DNA from: Lama guanicoe | Lineage: Eukaryota | NCBI GenBank assembly: GCA_013239625.1 | Contig: MU053513.1 | Span: 2,530,927 to 2,594,926 of the forward strand | Direction of reading: 5' to 3' | Length of the DNA: 64,000 nt | Part shown: in pieces, positions 24,645-35,975 of the stretch | Position numbering within the stretch: the first letter of the stretch is position 1 | Layout of the letters: each line of letters starts with the position of its first letter | The notes under the pieces: model-generated | The model's input: only the letters and a program-made list of their open reading frames with translations | What the model was told of the DNA's origin: nothing | The model's database searches: none | Translations under genes and position numbers: made by a program

Positions 24645-25200
24645 CTATATGAGTCAGATCCCTTTGGCTGTAAGTAACAGGAGCTAACTTAACCTCACTT
24701 AAATAAAATGGACATTTATTTTAAATGGGTATGGATCTTGCACAGAACACGTGGACAAGCGGACCTCAGGAAAGATCTGTAATGAGTACCTGGAAAGCCT
24801 CTGATGCTCTCTTTTTTATCCCTTATATCTGTGTCTCATGATCCATGGGCTTTCTCTCTGTCTCTCTTGCTGTGTGTCCGTCCCTCTGTCTTTCTCTGCA
24901 GAGTCTCTTTCCAGAGTTCTTGTCCAGCAGGTGGCACGTGGCCACCCCACAGCACCTAAATTCAGAGGTCACGGTGCCGTTCCGCTGCAGAGACTGACTA
25001 TTGCCTCTCCGTTCCAGTTCCACATCCACAGCTGCCTGGTGGGCTTTGGTCTGGTGCTTGTCCCTGGTCTAATCAGCCGTGATGAGAAGGGTGGGGACAC
25101 GCACTGTACACTTGACGGGAAGATCCACTCCTGTGGATCAAGAGACAATTCCCAAATAAGGGGAGACAACTGGGAATATGAGCAGACTTAATAGGTATTC
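24645..25200 (-). mobile_element. Old MaLR LTR (MLT1K/L-like)
   Basis: 'gtcagatccctttggctgtaagtaacaggagctaacttaacctcacttaaataaaatggacatttatt'. Confidence 0.6.
24924..24937 (+). promoter_or_regulatory. CTCF core motif
   Basis: CCAGCAGGTGGCAC matches CCASYAGRKGGCRS at 14/14. Confidence 0.45.
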
Positions 25201-25794
25201 ATATCTGCAGAGACATGCTGTATCATACACGGTTTTCCCTCTGGAGCCTTCCAGCTCATGATTCCGATGCTTTTGCCATAAGGAAGAGATGAGCACTGTC
25301 ATTCTTCAAGGCTCCCCACCCACACCCAGGCCAGATTCACGCAGCGGCAGGCTGTGGATTTCCACATGTTAATACTTGGTCTCTAAATTCATTAAAGATG
25401 CTGAGACCTGTTACCATCTGAGTGTATCTGTCCAAGTGACTGTTGGGGACCCAATGACAACAATAAAGGAACAAATCGCTGTTTGGATTTCTGGGGTCCT
25501 CAGTTCTGCTCACCAAGAGAGGGAGAGAGAGTGGTGTTTGGAAGATCAGAGCCCTGAGTTAAAGCCCTGACTCTATTGATCATCCATACAGTAATGCGAC
25601 GATAACCTCGGTTTCTTCCTCTGTCCCCCAATTTCCTCATCTCCAAGGAGTATAATACTGTCCCTCAGTAACTAATTCAAGGATTTATTAAATGCCTACT
25701 ATGTGCCAAGCCTGTGCTAGGCTTGGAATACAGAGATTCTGCCATCGTACATTTTCCAGTATAATTTGAAGACCGACATTAAGAAGAAAAAAGT

Positions 25795-26636
25795 ATTTTA
25801 ATTGTCATGATATATGTATTTTACAATGATCACAAAACAGATGTCAAAAGAATTATAAAGAATAGCAGAGTAGGGGATAAATTGAGAGTTAGAGATTTGC
25901 AGATACTAACTACTATATATAAAATAGATAAACAACAAGTTCATACTGTGTAGCACAGGGAGCTATATTCAATATCTTGTAGTAACTTACGATGAAAAAG
26001 AATATGAAAATAAATATATGTACGTACATGTATGACTGAAACATTATGGTGTAACCAGAAATCGATACATTTTAAACTGGCTATACTTCAATGAAAAAGA
26101 ATGCAAATTAAAAAAAAAATTTAATTAAAAAAATAAAATACAATGTTGTGTTAATTTCTGGTGTACAGCATAATGCTTCAGTCATACATGAACAGACATA
26201 TATTTGTTTTCATATTCTTTTTCACCATAAGTTACTAAAAGATATGGAATATAGTTCACTATGCCATACAGTATGAACTTGTGGTACTGACTATACTTTA
26301 ATAAAAAAAATATATATACCCTTCCAAAAAAAGACTTACACATTGCACAGATTTCCCCCACCCAGGTAATTAAAAATGGAATTTTAAATAAAACTTTGTG
26401 TAACTAAAAATAAATAATAAATAAACAAGTAAAAAAAATAGTTAAGCTGGAAATTAAAAAAAAAAGAATAATAGAGTGAACACTTGAATATTCATGATCA
26501 ATTTAAGGACTAAAACCTTCCCATTGCAGTTGGAGTCCCTGTGAATCCCTTCCTGAACACATATTCCTCCTTTCCCCCTGAAGTGACTTTCCTTAATTGA
26601 GCATTTACCATTACCAGACATTTCTTTATATATTTA
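25795..26636 (-). mobile_element. Old L1ME-like 3' end hosting a younger L1 composite
   Basis: Flanks join as 'ataaagaata(a)tagagtgaacacttgaatattc...ggagtccctgtgaatcccttcctg', typical of a reverse L1ME 3'UTR. Confidence 0.55.
25872..26462 (+). mobile_element. Composite of young L1 3' ends: forward 3'UTR, a 5'-inverted (twin-primed) L1, and a probable 3' transduction
   Basis: Forward 25872-26140, inverted 26141-26282, forward tail from 26286, unique sequence with AATAAA at 26387-26392 then an A-tail. Outer TSD aaagaatagcagagt (25857-25871) / aaagaataatagagt (26463-26477). Confidence 0.85.
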
Positions 26637-27005
26637 TGTTATGGGTTGAATTGTGTGCCCCCCTGCCCCACAAATACGTTTAAGTCCTTACCCCCCAGGC
26701 CCTGTGAATGTGACCTTATTTGCACAGAGTCTTTGTAAATCATCCAGTTAAGAAGAGAGGACAGGGGCGGGCCCTAATCTAATACGACTGGGTCTTGATC
26801 AGGAGGGGACATTTGGACCCAGGCAGACATCGACACAGGGAGGACGTCATGCGGAGATGAAGGCGGAGACAGGGATGGCGCATCTGCAAGCCCAGGAGCA
26901 CTGGTTTGTGGGAACAAAGGGCAATCTGGAAGAGCATCAGCGAAGCGCCAGAAGCGAGGAGGGGGCGTGGAACCGATTTTGTCTCACAGCCCTCAGAAGG
27001 AACCA
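26637..27005 (+). mobile_element. MaLR LTR (MLT1B/C-like), 3'-truncated
   Basis: 'tgttatgggttgaattgtgtgcccc...tgtgaatgtgaccttatttg...cagccctcagaaggaacc'. Confidence 0.88.
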
Positions 27006-27164
27006 GAGCTTTCCTGGAGAAGAAAGAGATTTCTACTGGGAGACTTTAGAAAGATAGTGTTTGGCAGAGGAGTTTGTTAGCATGATGGCCGGGAGCCCTG
27101 GGAAATAGTCGGGGGACCACCCATGAGGGATGCCTTCCTTTTGAGGCTCAGGAAAGTCCAATTC

Positions 27165-27361
27165 AGCAGGACCTCCTATTCTACTGTATCACCTGGAAGC
27201 TCAAAAAATTCCAATATAGATACACTTTTAAAAAGTGCCAAAGCCATGCTGCATCCCAGACTAGCTAGAAATCAGAGCCTCTGGGGAGGGGGAACCCAGG
27301 GTTCAGTAGTTTTAAAAGTTTCCCAGGTGATTTCAGTGTTCAGACAAGATCAAGAACATTG
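27165..27361. mobile_element. MER5-type hAT-Charlie MITE
   Basis: 'atcacctggaagctc...aatcagagcctctgggg...tttaaaagtttcccaggtgatt'. Confidence 0.7.
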
Positions 27362-28190
27362 GGTTAGAGGACACCGTAGGAAAGGCACTGAAGGGCACAC
27401 CTGTCTTACACTTAGTCTCAATGACAATAAAGTACATTTGCATAGAAATTCACCATCTCAGGGTTTCTGTGTTGTTAGAATGATTTATTGGTGGGAACAA
27501 CAACAAACAGGCAGTGTTGTGGTGGCGAAGAGAGCAAAGCTGCTAGAAATAAAATGCTTTGATTTTTTTTTCTCTTTGCATGTGAAAACTGCACAATATT
27601 GCAGATTTTTGCCAAAACAAGGTTGGATTCCCGCTATATTTTATCCCTTGTAGCAATTCCAATTCCTAGCATCAAAATGCCCTCCTGTACCACCCTCTGG
27701 TTCACAGATCCCAGAGGTTGCGTATTCCATCTGAGAAATGCGTTCTTCCTTGAACTTACAACATGTTTGCACTCTGAGGGCATTTAGAAGGAATTGCTTA
27801 GAAGAAGGCCTGCAGGGAGCCTGTCATAATGATGCAGGTTTAGAGAACACTCCAGACCACTTGTGGGGAATCACTCACCACCCTCCTGTCTTTCCTTTTC
27901 TTTCCTGATCTCCAAGCTTCCTGCGGTCCCTCGATTTGGTTTCCCAGGCAGAATTTACAGTGTGTTGCTGACTGAAAAACAATTGTGTTTTATCCAGTAG
28001 TCTTGGGTTTCAATTTCTCACCAGGAGAATCAAGTCATATCTCCCCAGTATGTTCATTTTTATTTTGTTCCACACCCTCCCTTAAGTTGGAGTGGAGAGG
28101 GGAGACGGGGAAACTGTACGTCTTTGTAAGCAGGTTGCAAGTGCACGTCTTCTTCCTCCTTTTTCTAAATAGGGAAGCAGGGATTCTAGA

Positions 28191-28217
28191 TGTGTTTGTG
28201 TGTGTGTACGTGTGTGT

Positions 28218-28248
<31 letters not shown>
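28191..28248. repeat. Interrupted (GT)n microsatellite
   Basis: tgtgtttgtgtgtgtgtacgtgtgtgtacg followed by a pure (tg)n run. Confidence 0.97.
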
Positions 28249-29089
28249 GTTGAGTCCTTCGGGATGTGGGAATAGGGAAGAAAACAGATTTTTTTTTTCT
28301 TATGGCTTCCAATAATGGCCAAACAGGAGCTCGGGTTTATCTCCCCAACCCCGCTTGGCTGTGCTTCATGAAGCTAATATCACACGGGCATCTCAATCCC
28401 TGATCTTCCTGTTCAGCTAATCGTTCCACTGGGCAAGCAGTCGTTTCATGTGGATAAAGGCCCACGTTTGGGATTTAGAGGCTGTAGCTGAAAGCCCCGG
28501 AAGTTTGCTTTCGAAGCCTCATTTCTGACTCATTTCTAACTCTGGATGCCAACTGCCTTTTATTACCAGATCTCATCGCCTTTTATGTGAATTCAGTTCA
28601 GTGGGTTTTCTTTAAAAAGTAGACTTCGTGCTCGTCCCCCATCTGTTTCCAAAATGTTTTATTCAATATTGGTTTCTTATCAAAATTCGGGTATCACTTC
28701 CCACGTCTTCACCTACCAGAGGCCTCCTCTCTGCGCTACAGCTGTCCCTCTCTCCGCTTCCCACGTCAGGCCTAAACGACGCCACAGGTGCTGTCATATT
28801 TATCTATTTTCCTTTCCACTCTGAGGGAAGACAGCGGCTCTGCAGTGTCTGATATGAGTCTATGGGCTAAATCGATAATGAGGCTGTCAAGAAAAATCGG
28901 CCAGCAATTGTTCTAGCCAGGCCAGAGGAGGTGAGCAAAACACCAATTGCAGACCCAGTGGTAAACCAGCTGCGGAGAGCAGAGGTGGTCCTGGATTAAT
29001 GAAATCGCAAGGGCTCAGCTTGCACGGGAAACTAAAGCGGCTTTGGGAAAGGCATATGGCAAAAAATAAGCCAAAGTTAATCGCGAAGT

Positions 29090-29470
29090 CAGGCATCCAA
29101 TAAAGCAGCATCTGCTTGCAAAGGAAAGCACGTCGGCCCCCGCACAGTGGCTTCTCTCCTGCTCCCGACTAGCGGGGGGTGTGCAGGGTGGGATTAGCAG
29201 AGCACCCGCCCGCCGCGCTGCGGCTGCCGGGGAGGCCGCGGGGCTCTGGCCCGCGTGAGTGCCCGGGGCCCCGGACCCGCGGAGCACCTGCTGCAGGCGG
29301 CCGGCTGTGGATCCGACCGGCGGCGTTGGCCCGGGCTAGGGCGGCGCTGGTGCCCATCACCCCGCCCCCTTTCCCTCCCGCTCCGGAAACAGCCGCCCCC
29401 ATGCTCTCTAGTCTCCTACCAGTTCTTCCCGCGCTGCCTCTTACCAGCATTAGTCTGCGCACTCAAGTGC
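29090..29470. promoter_or_regulatory. Small CpG island / probable promoter with a + strand splice donor
   Basis: About 35 CpGs in 29131-29460 by hand count, against a CpG-poor background. CCAAT at 29097-29101, GC box ccccgccccc at 29360-29369, donor gtgagt at 29255-29260. Confidence 0.75.
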
Positions 29471-30013
29471 ATGACCTCATTTAAAGAGCTTTGGCAGCAT
29501 GTCAGCGGCATGTTTTCCCCTCCACCTTTAATAATGGCGTCCCATTTGACCACTTGACTTGGAGTCTGTCATAATTGCCACAAAGAGCTTCTATGTCCAG
29601 GACTCTGTAACACTCCCACTCTCCTCCCTAAGAGACAAGAACGGGCCAGAGGGCTGCACGCTGTCGGAGGCTGGCCTTGCCTGGAATTCGTTTTCTTCAT
29701 TGTTATAGATGATGACAGTGGTTTTAGCCTTGGGCTGTTCTCCTGCTTGAAAGCCAATTGCATTTTCTGAGGGGTAGTCCATGGGATATTAGGGGATGTA
29801 AATGAATGCCACTTAAGAAAATAGCTTCCTGAGTCACCTAAACTTGAGAAACTCTGGGTTTTACAAAGTTGTCTTATTGTACGATGTTTCTTTATTGTAC
29901 AGAAGCTCAGTATTTTAAAGATGCTAATGTGCCTTGTGAATGCAGACAGTGGATAGAGTTGGCAAAATTTCCCAATTATTTTTAGCTTCAGAATTATTTT
30001 TTGGAAGACTATT

Positions 30014-30792
30014 TGTTGTGGGTTGAAGTGTGTCCTTCCAAATTCATATTTTGAAGTATTGTCTTAGTTTAGGCTGCCATAACAAAAATGCCATAGACCA
30101 GGTGGCTTAACCAAGGTTTATTTCTCACACTTCTGGAGTCTGGAAAGTCTGTGATCAAGGTACTGGCAGATTGGGTGTCTGGTCCTAGCTTAGAGATGGC
30201 CATCTCCTCACTGTGTTCTCACGTGGTGGGAGGGGCAAGAGGGCTCTCTGGGGTATCTTATAAGGGCACTAATCCCATTCATGAGGACTCCACCCTCATC
30301 ATCAAATCACCTCCACAGTCCCCCACTTCCTAGTACCATCGCATTGGGAAATAGGTTTCAAACTATGAATGAGACATGATCAATCTACTGCAAGCCCTCG
30401 TTCCCAGCACCTCAGAATGTGACCTTATTTGGAAATAGAGTCATAGCAGACGCAATTAGTTTAAGATGAGGTCCTATTGGAGTAGGCTGGGCCCCTAGTC
30501 CAATATGACTGGTGTCTTTATAAAAGGGGGAAATTTGGACATAGAGACAGATACACACGCAGGGAGGACACGGTGTGAATATTGGAGTTATGCTGCCACA
30601 AGCCAAGGAACTACCAAAAGCTAGGTGAAGGGGTTGGAAAAACTACCCCTCTAGTGCTTCTAGTGGGAGCACAGCCCTGATGATACCTCAGTCTCTAACT
30701 TCCAGCCTCCAGAGCTGTGAGGGAATAAACACTTGCTGTATAAAGCGCTCACTTGTGGTACTTTGTTAGGGCAGCCCCAGGAGACTGACGCA
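30014..30792 (+). mobile_element. MLT1B-like MaLR LTR (30014-30059 plus 30393-30792)
   Basis: tgttgtgggttgaagtgtgtcc...cagaatgtgaccttatttggaaatag...aataaacacttgctg...ggagactgacgca. Confidence 0.9.
30060..30392 (-). mobile_element. MLT1A-like MaLR LTR nested in the MLT1B
   Basis: tgtcttagtttaggctgccataacaaaa...ttataagggcactaatcccattcatgagg...tactgca. Confidence 0.9.
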
Positions 30793-31414
30793 GTCCGCAG
30801 GGGAATACTGTTCTGAAGAACTTACTTTGCGAAATGCTGCTCAACAGGTTTCCCAGAAACACACTTACAGCCGCCTGAGAATGTATTTGCAGAAGCATAA
30901 GATTTTAGGAAGTTTAAGGCTCAACTGAAGGTTGTCTATATATTTGTGGGTAGAGTTAGTTGGTACTACATTGTTATTATTTCACATTTAAAAGAAACAT
31001 CTTAGGTCAACTGTATGAGACATTTTATAAAGTAAATGGACACACTGCCCTCTCATATCCCTAAAAGCTCAAATTATGAAACTAGTTGCATTAACTCAAG
31101 CTGATGGTAATCTTTCTGCCTTGCCTGAAGAAGTGCTGCAGCCTTTAATTAGATGGGTTGGCAAAAGTGTCCCCGGAGCTACACTAGCTGTCTTTATTGT
31201 CTTCCCGCGTCCCACTGGCTTGAGTTAAAATGGAACATCCTATGATTCGTGGCCGCACAGGAGCTGGTGCTCTTTTGCTGAGGGAGTTCCTGAAGCTGAA
31301 TAGTGATACCCAAATTTGGGGCTTTCATGGACCAGTAAATTTTAAAAATTTGGAGACTCACGTAGGTTTGTAAACTTTTTCTTTTGTCAAGTAAGCATAT
31401 TAAAAACAGTAGCA

Positions 31415-31666
31415 GTAGTAGATACTCACTCTCATATACAAAATAGGTAAACAACAAGGGGGTCCTACTTACTGTTAGCAAAAGGAACTATATTCAATGC
31501 CTTGTGATGGCCTATAATGACAAAGGACATGAAAAGGAATGCATATGTGCATATATATAAATGAACCACTCTGCTATACACCACATGTTAACAGAACATT
31601 GTAAAATGACTATACTTCAATTAAAAAAATAAATAAAAATAAAATAAAGGCAATAATAATAAAAAA
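31415..31666 (+). mobile_element. Artiodactyl-type L1 3'UTR with A-rich tail
   Basis: 'aaaataggtaaacaacaagg...ggaactatattcaat...tgactatacttcaattaaaaaaa'. Confidence 0.88.
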
Positions 31667-31889
31667 TAGCAAATGACAAAATGAAGAAGAATCAACAACT
31701 GCCATGTGCTAGTGACATCATGTAAACTTTCTATTTTTCCAAGGAAGAGTATTAAAACAATAACCAACTAAGTGTACCAAAAAAACCCCAAACCAACATC
31801 TCTAACAACTGTATACTAGTGACACTGTTTATAAAAGCAAAGGGTATTTCCCAAACCAAAAAGGTAGAAAAGACAAAATGTCATGATGA

Positions 31890-32110
31890 TACTACTGGTA
31901 GGTTCTGTTTTGAGTGCTATGTGCCAGGCATATTCTAAATGCTTTACATGTATAAACTCAATTAATCCTCACAAACCACAAGGTTGAAACTACTACTTTT
32001 ATTTTATAAGAGGGGAAACTGAGGCACTGGGCTTAAAAGCTGCCTAGGGTCACCACCCTCCTGTAGGGGCTGAGGCTGGGAGTTGAATTCACAAATCTAG
32101 CTCTGGAGTA
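31890..32110 (-). mobile_element. MIR SINE
   Basis: 'ctatgtgccaggcatattctaaatgctttacatg...gaaactgaggcac'. Confidence 0.8.
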
Positions 32111-32769
32111 TATGACGTGATTTTGAATGTGATGTGATCTTGCGTCCCTTAAAAGATGGTCCTTTCCAAAAAAGAAACCTCAACACATTGAGTGTGTGTG
32201 GATGTTTTTATTCGTTTTCCCCATTTTGCGGCCTACCTGTGACAGCAGCATCACAGAGCAATCTGGACTGGCATTTGGGAAGCCCTAGACGCTACTGTGA
32301 GGGCTGTGCGCCAGCAAGGGACTCAGAATGAAAATGGGCTGTGCTGTCTGAGGCGGGAATCCCTAAGGTAGGAAGGGAGATGGCTCATTTTCCTCTGATC
32401 AGCCTTCTATGTTTGCTGGTAGGGCTTGAGCAACCTTAAAGAAGGTGAATACAAGTCAATCATTTCAGCTGACATTTTTGAAAATACTTCAAAGTGGCAG
32501 AAAGTTAATGTATCAAATGTCATTAAAGGTTTAAAACAACCAAACCAAAACAAATGTGCTTTAAACTTAACCTCAGAATCTAGGTTGTGGTTCAGTGCTG
32601 AGCTTGGCGTGTGTGGGTGTGATATAATTTGAATTCAATAGCCAAGATGTGTATGAGAACAGCTCACATACACCACTCAAATGGGATAGCATCGTACACA
32701 CAGATGACCTTCTGGAACTGGAAATTACACCCAGACGTAACCTTTGCTAGTGAAAATTTTCTTAGGGTA

Positions 32770-33230
32770 GCATAATTTAGTGAAAGGAGCATGTGCTTTG
32801 GGAGCAGATAAACATGGGTTCAAATCCCAGCTCTTTTTCTTCCTTGCTGTGTGATCTTGGAAAAGTCACTTAACCCTCCTGAGTGTATTTCATTTGTAAA
32901 ACGGAAGCAATAAAACCTATCTCAAGCAGTTTTAAAATGAGGATTAGACTAATTCACGTCCAGTGGTTAGCAAAACCAAAAGGCCAAAAGAGAATTTCAT
33001 TTTTATATGAATATTTATACAGTGTTCATATTGCCAGACCCTATTCTAGGTGATTGATAAATATTCGTAATAACCCTACAAGGGGAGGTATTATTTTGAT
33101 TTCCACTTGACAGTTGAGAAGCATGGGGCACAGAGAGGATAAGTGACTTGCCCAAGGTCATGGAGCTGGCATCAGAGGAGGGGTTCAAACACAGGCAGGC
33201 TGGAGTCATCAGAGACAATGCTCTTAGTCA
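32770..33230. mobile_element. Two MIR SINEs (+ at 32770-32970, - at 33010-33230)
   Basis: 'gggttcaaatcccagctc...gtgtgatcttggaaaagtcacttaacc' and 'gcacagagaggataagtgacttgcccaaggtca'. Confidence 0.8.
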
Positions 33231-33829
33231 CTGATAACTGATGTTAATATTTTTTATTTTAATTATTGATTGGTCAACACATTTGAAAGATGCACTATAG
33301 TAAAACTTCAGAAACAAAAGCTCTAGTCGGATATGGACACATTATATCAGGGTTTAACTAGCTGAGACCATGCGCTGCTGAACGCGCCGAGGTTGTACGG
33401 TGTGGATTTTCTTGTTCGCCACCACTTTCTTTGCCCAAGGGGTCGGCACTTGTGTGAGGGCATCAGCTTCCCAGATGGCTCCTAGTCCTCTCTCATTTCT
33501 TCCTTTTTCCTCTGGGGTCCTTTCTGGCCTGACTGCCTTCCCCCAGCCCACAACGTGGTGCCCTGGCCCTCCCTGGAACAGAGCTTCTCAAACTCTGGCA
33601 TGGGCTTCCTGCCTTTGTCTGTATCATCGGTGTGGCCTGCCACTCTCCCCACCCCTTCTCTGATTCCAGGCTACTTCCCCTCTGTTATCCCCTTCCCCCA
33701 CTCTGCCCATGCTCCCCCTGGTATCCAGTTGTCTCACTGTCAGCACAGGGCTTTGCCTCCTCATTCTCAGGGGAAACTGAGACCAGCGCACACAAGCTTT
33801 CAAGCTCACCTTGCCCACTGCGCCTGCAC

Positions 33830-35440
33830 GCACAGCAGCGTGCAGAGTTCTCCCTCCTCCCGAAGCCCCCCTGCACTTGTGCTTCTGAGCTTATTCTTTC
33901 ATCTACCCAGTCTTTCTTTGTCCACGATTCTCTCCCTCTTTCTCTCCTGCATCCTCCTTTTTGTCAAGTTTTCCCTATCTTGCCACAAATCCTGTCTCAG
34001 CCCCACAGTGCCATCAGGCTCCTGCCCTGCCTCCTTTCCTTAGTGGACACATCTTGGAAGAGTGCTCAGACCAGCTGTCTCCCCTTCCTCCCACGCAGCC
34101 CACATTTCAACGCCTGCAGTCGATTTGGCTTCTTTCCACAACACTTGACTGAATTGCTCTCGGGTGGTCATCAATGGCCTGTTAATTGGTGAATCCAATA
34201 GCATCTTCTCAGTCATCACACTTGACCTCTCAGCCGGGCTGAGCCTGGTCTGGCCCGAGGCCAGCTCTCTTGCCTCATTTCCCATCGTCCCCCCCACCAC
34301 CACTCGCCCCACCACAACTTCACCGGCCTACCTGCTGTTCTGCAAACCAGCCTGCACTGCTGGTTCCTGGCCTTTCCATGAGCTGGTGCCTTTGCCTGTA
34401 GAACATTATTCTCCCAGATGTTTGCATGGCTGTCTCTTTCCCTTCATTCAGATTTCTGTGTAAATGTCACTTTTTAAAGAGGCCCTCCCTGAATGCTGTT
34501 ATTCAACATGGCACCCTCTCCCCTCATCACTTCCAATTCCCTTACCCGCTTTAGATTTTTCCATAGCAAGCCTCACTACCTACCTGTTCCTGATCTGTCT
34601 CTCCCAGAATATAATTCTGCTAGGGCAGGCTATTACCCCCCCACCTTTTTTTTTTTGCAGCTGTATTTTCAGCACCCACAGTCGTGCCTGGCACACAGCA
34701 GATGTTCTATAAATGTTGGCTTGAACAAATTTGAATGTCCCTCATCTGTTGGCTTCTGTGACACCACACTCTCTGGTCCTCCTGTTGCCTCCCTGACCAA
34801 GACTTCTTCCACTTGAACTTGAGCTTCTTCATCCACGTTGGACATTCGAGTTTTGTTCTTGGTCCTCTTTCACCCCTGCTCTGTATCTTGCTCTTGGGCA
34901 ATCCCATCAGTTTTGGTGGCTTTGGCCCTCACTTACATGGTGGTGTCTCCTAGATCTTTATCTCTTCGAACTTTCTACCGGGAGGTAGAGGTGTAGGTCC
35001 AAAAGCCAGCTGCACAACTCCCCCCAGAGGCACCTCCAACTTAACATGGCCAAATGGAAGGCCTATTGTACTCCCTCCAGAGTCTTCATCTCTGTCTCAA
35101 CTAATGGCACTGCCACCCACCCGGTTTTCTAAGCTAAAAATTTCCTATATTTCCCTTCCACATCCAAGTTTTGGCATGTCTGCTTCAGAAGAAATCTGTT
35201 TCTTCTGCTGTGCTGGAGGCCAGGACGTCACTATTTCCTGCCTAGACAATTTTAACAGTGTGTTGTCCGGTCTCTGCCTCCAGCCTCTCCTACCTCCAGT
35301 CCAACATAGCTACATAAACTGCTACTGGAATTCTTTTTCTAAGATGAAAATTTGATCACCATTTCTTCCTTCAAGACTCTTAGCAGATACCCCTTGCCTT
35401 GGGATTAAAACCTGAAATCCCTTGTATGACCCTGCCCCCC
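33830..35440 (+). mobile_element. L2 fragments (one ending with the L2 terminus at ~34730, then a second)
   Basis: 'gtgcctggcacacagcagatgttctataaatgttggcttgaa', 'cttgacctctcagc', 'cacctccaacttaacatggccaaa'. Confidence 0.7.
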
Positions 35441-35759
35441 TCCGGCCCTCATGGTTGGTTCTGGGGACCTTAGAATCAGTTCTGAGAGAACAAAGGATTT
35501 AACGTGAGCTGTGGCATAGGAACTAGTGTCTTTCTTCCTGGGCAACAAGGAGCAGTAAATGTCTTACACAACAGGCAAACTCAGGTGAGGCAGGAATGGC
35601 CAAGGGCTTCTCAATGTAGGTGGGGGTGGGTGGAACAGTTACTGTAAGGAGCAAATCCAGCACTGTGCCAACTGGGAAAATATTCTTTCCTCCAAAGATA
35701 TGGAACTTTCCCTGAGGAAGATTAATGAATGTCTTTTCGAAGTGTGCTTACATCATAGG

Positions 35760-35975
35760 TAACAATGATAACATTGACCATTTGCTGTATGCTAGCACTA
35801 TGCTAAACACCTCACAGGTATGAATTCATTTAATCATTCAACAACATTAGGTAGATACTATGACTCTCCCCACTTTACAGATGAAGAAACTGAGGCATAG
35901 AGAGCTTAAATAAATCTGCAAAGGGATATAGATAGAAACGGAACAGAGATTCAATTCAGGTAACATGACTCCAGG
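35760..35975 (-). mobile_element. MIR SINE
   Basis: 'cccactttacagatgaagaaactgaggcatagagag'. Confidence 0.8.

Larger units (their letters stand above)
29830..30840. mobile_element. MER103C-like hAT element split by LTR insertions
   Basis: 'atgctaatgtgccttgtgaat...tttcccaattatt' resumes after 30792 as 'gaacttactttgcgaaatgctg'. Confidence 0.55.

Noticed and set aside
27123..27653. 176-aa ORF
   Set aside because: Runs through a MER5 MITE and has no homology I recognise.
29015..29557. Several ~100-aa A/R/P/G-rich ORFs
   Set aside because: Expected artefact of stop-poor GC-rich CpG-island sequence.
33555..34192. Overlapping 162-aa and 186-aa ORFs
   Set aside because: Non-ATG starts, S/P/L-rich from pyrimidine-rich L2-like DNA, and no splice or codon evidence.
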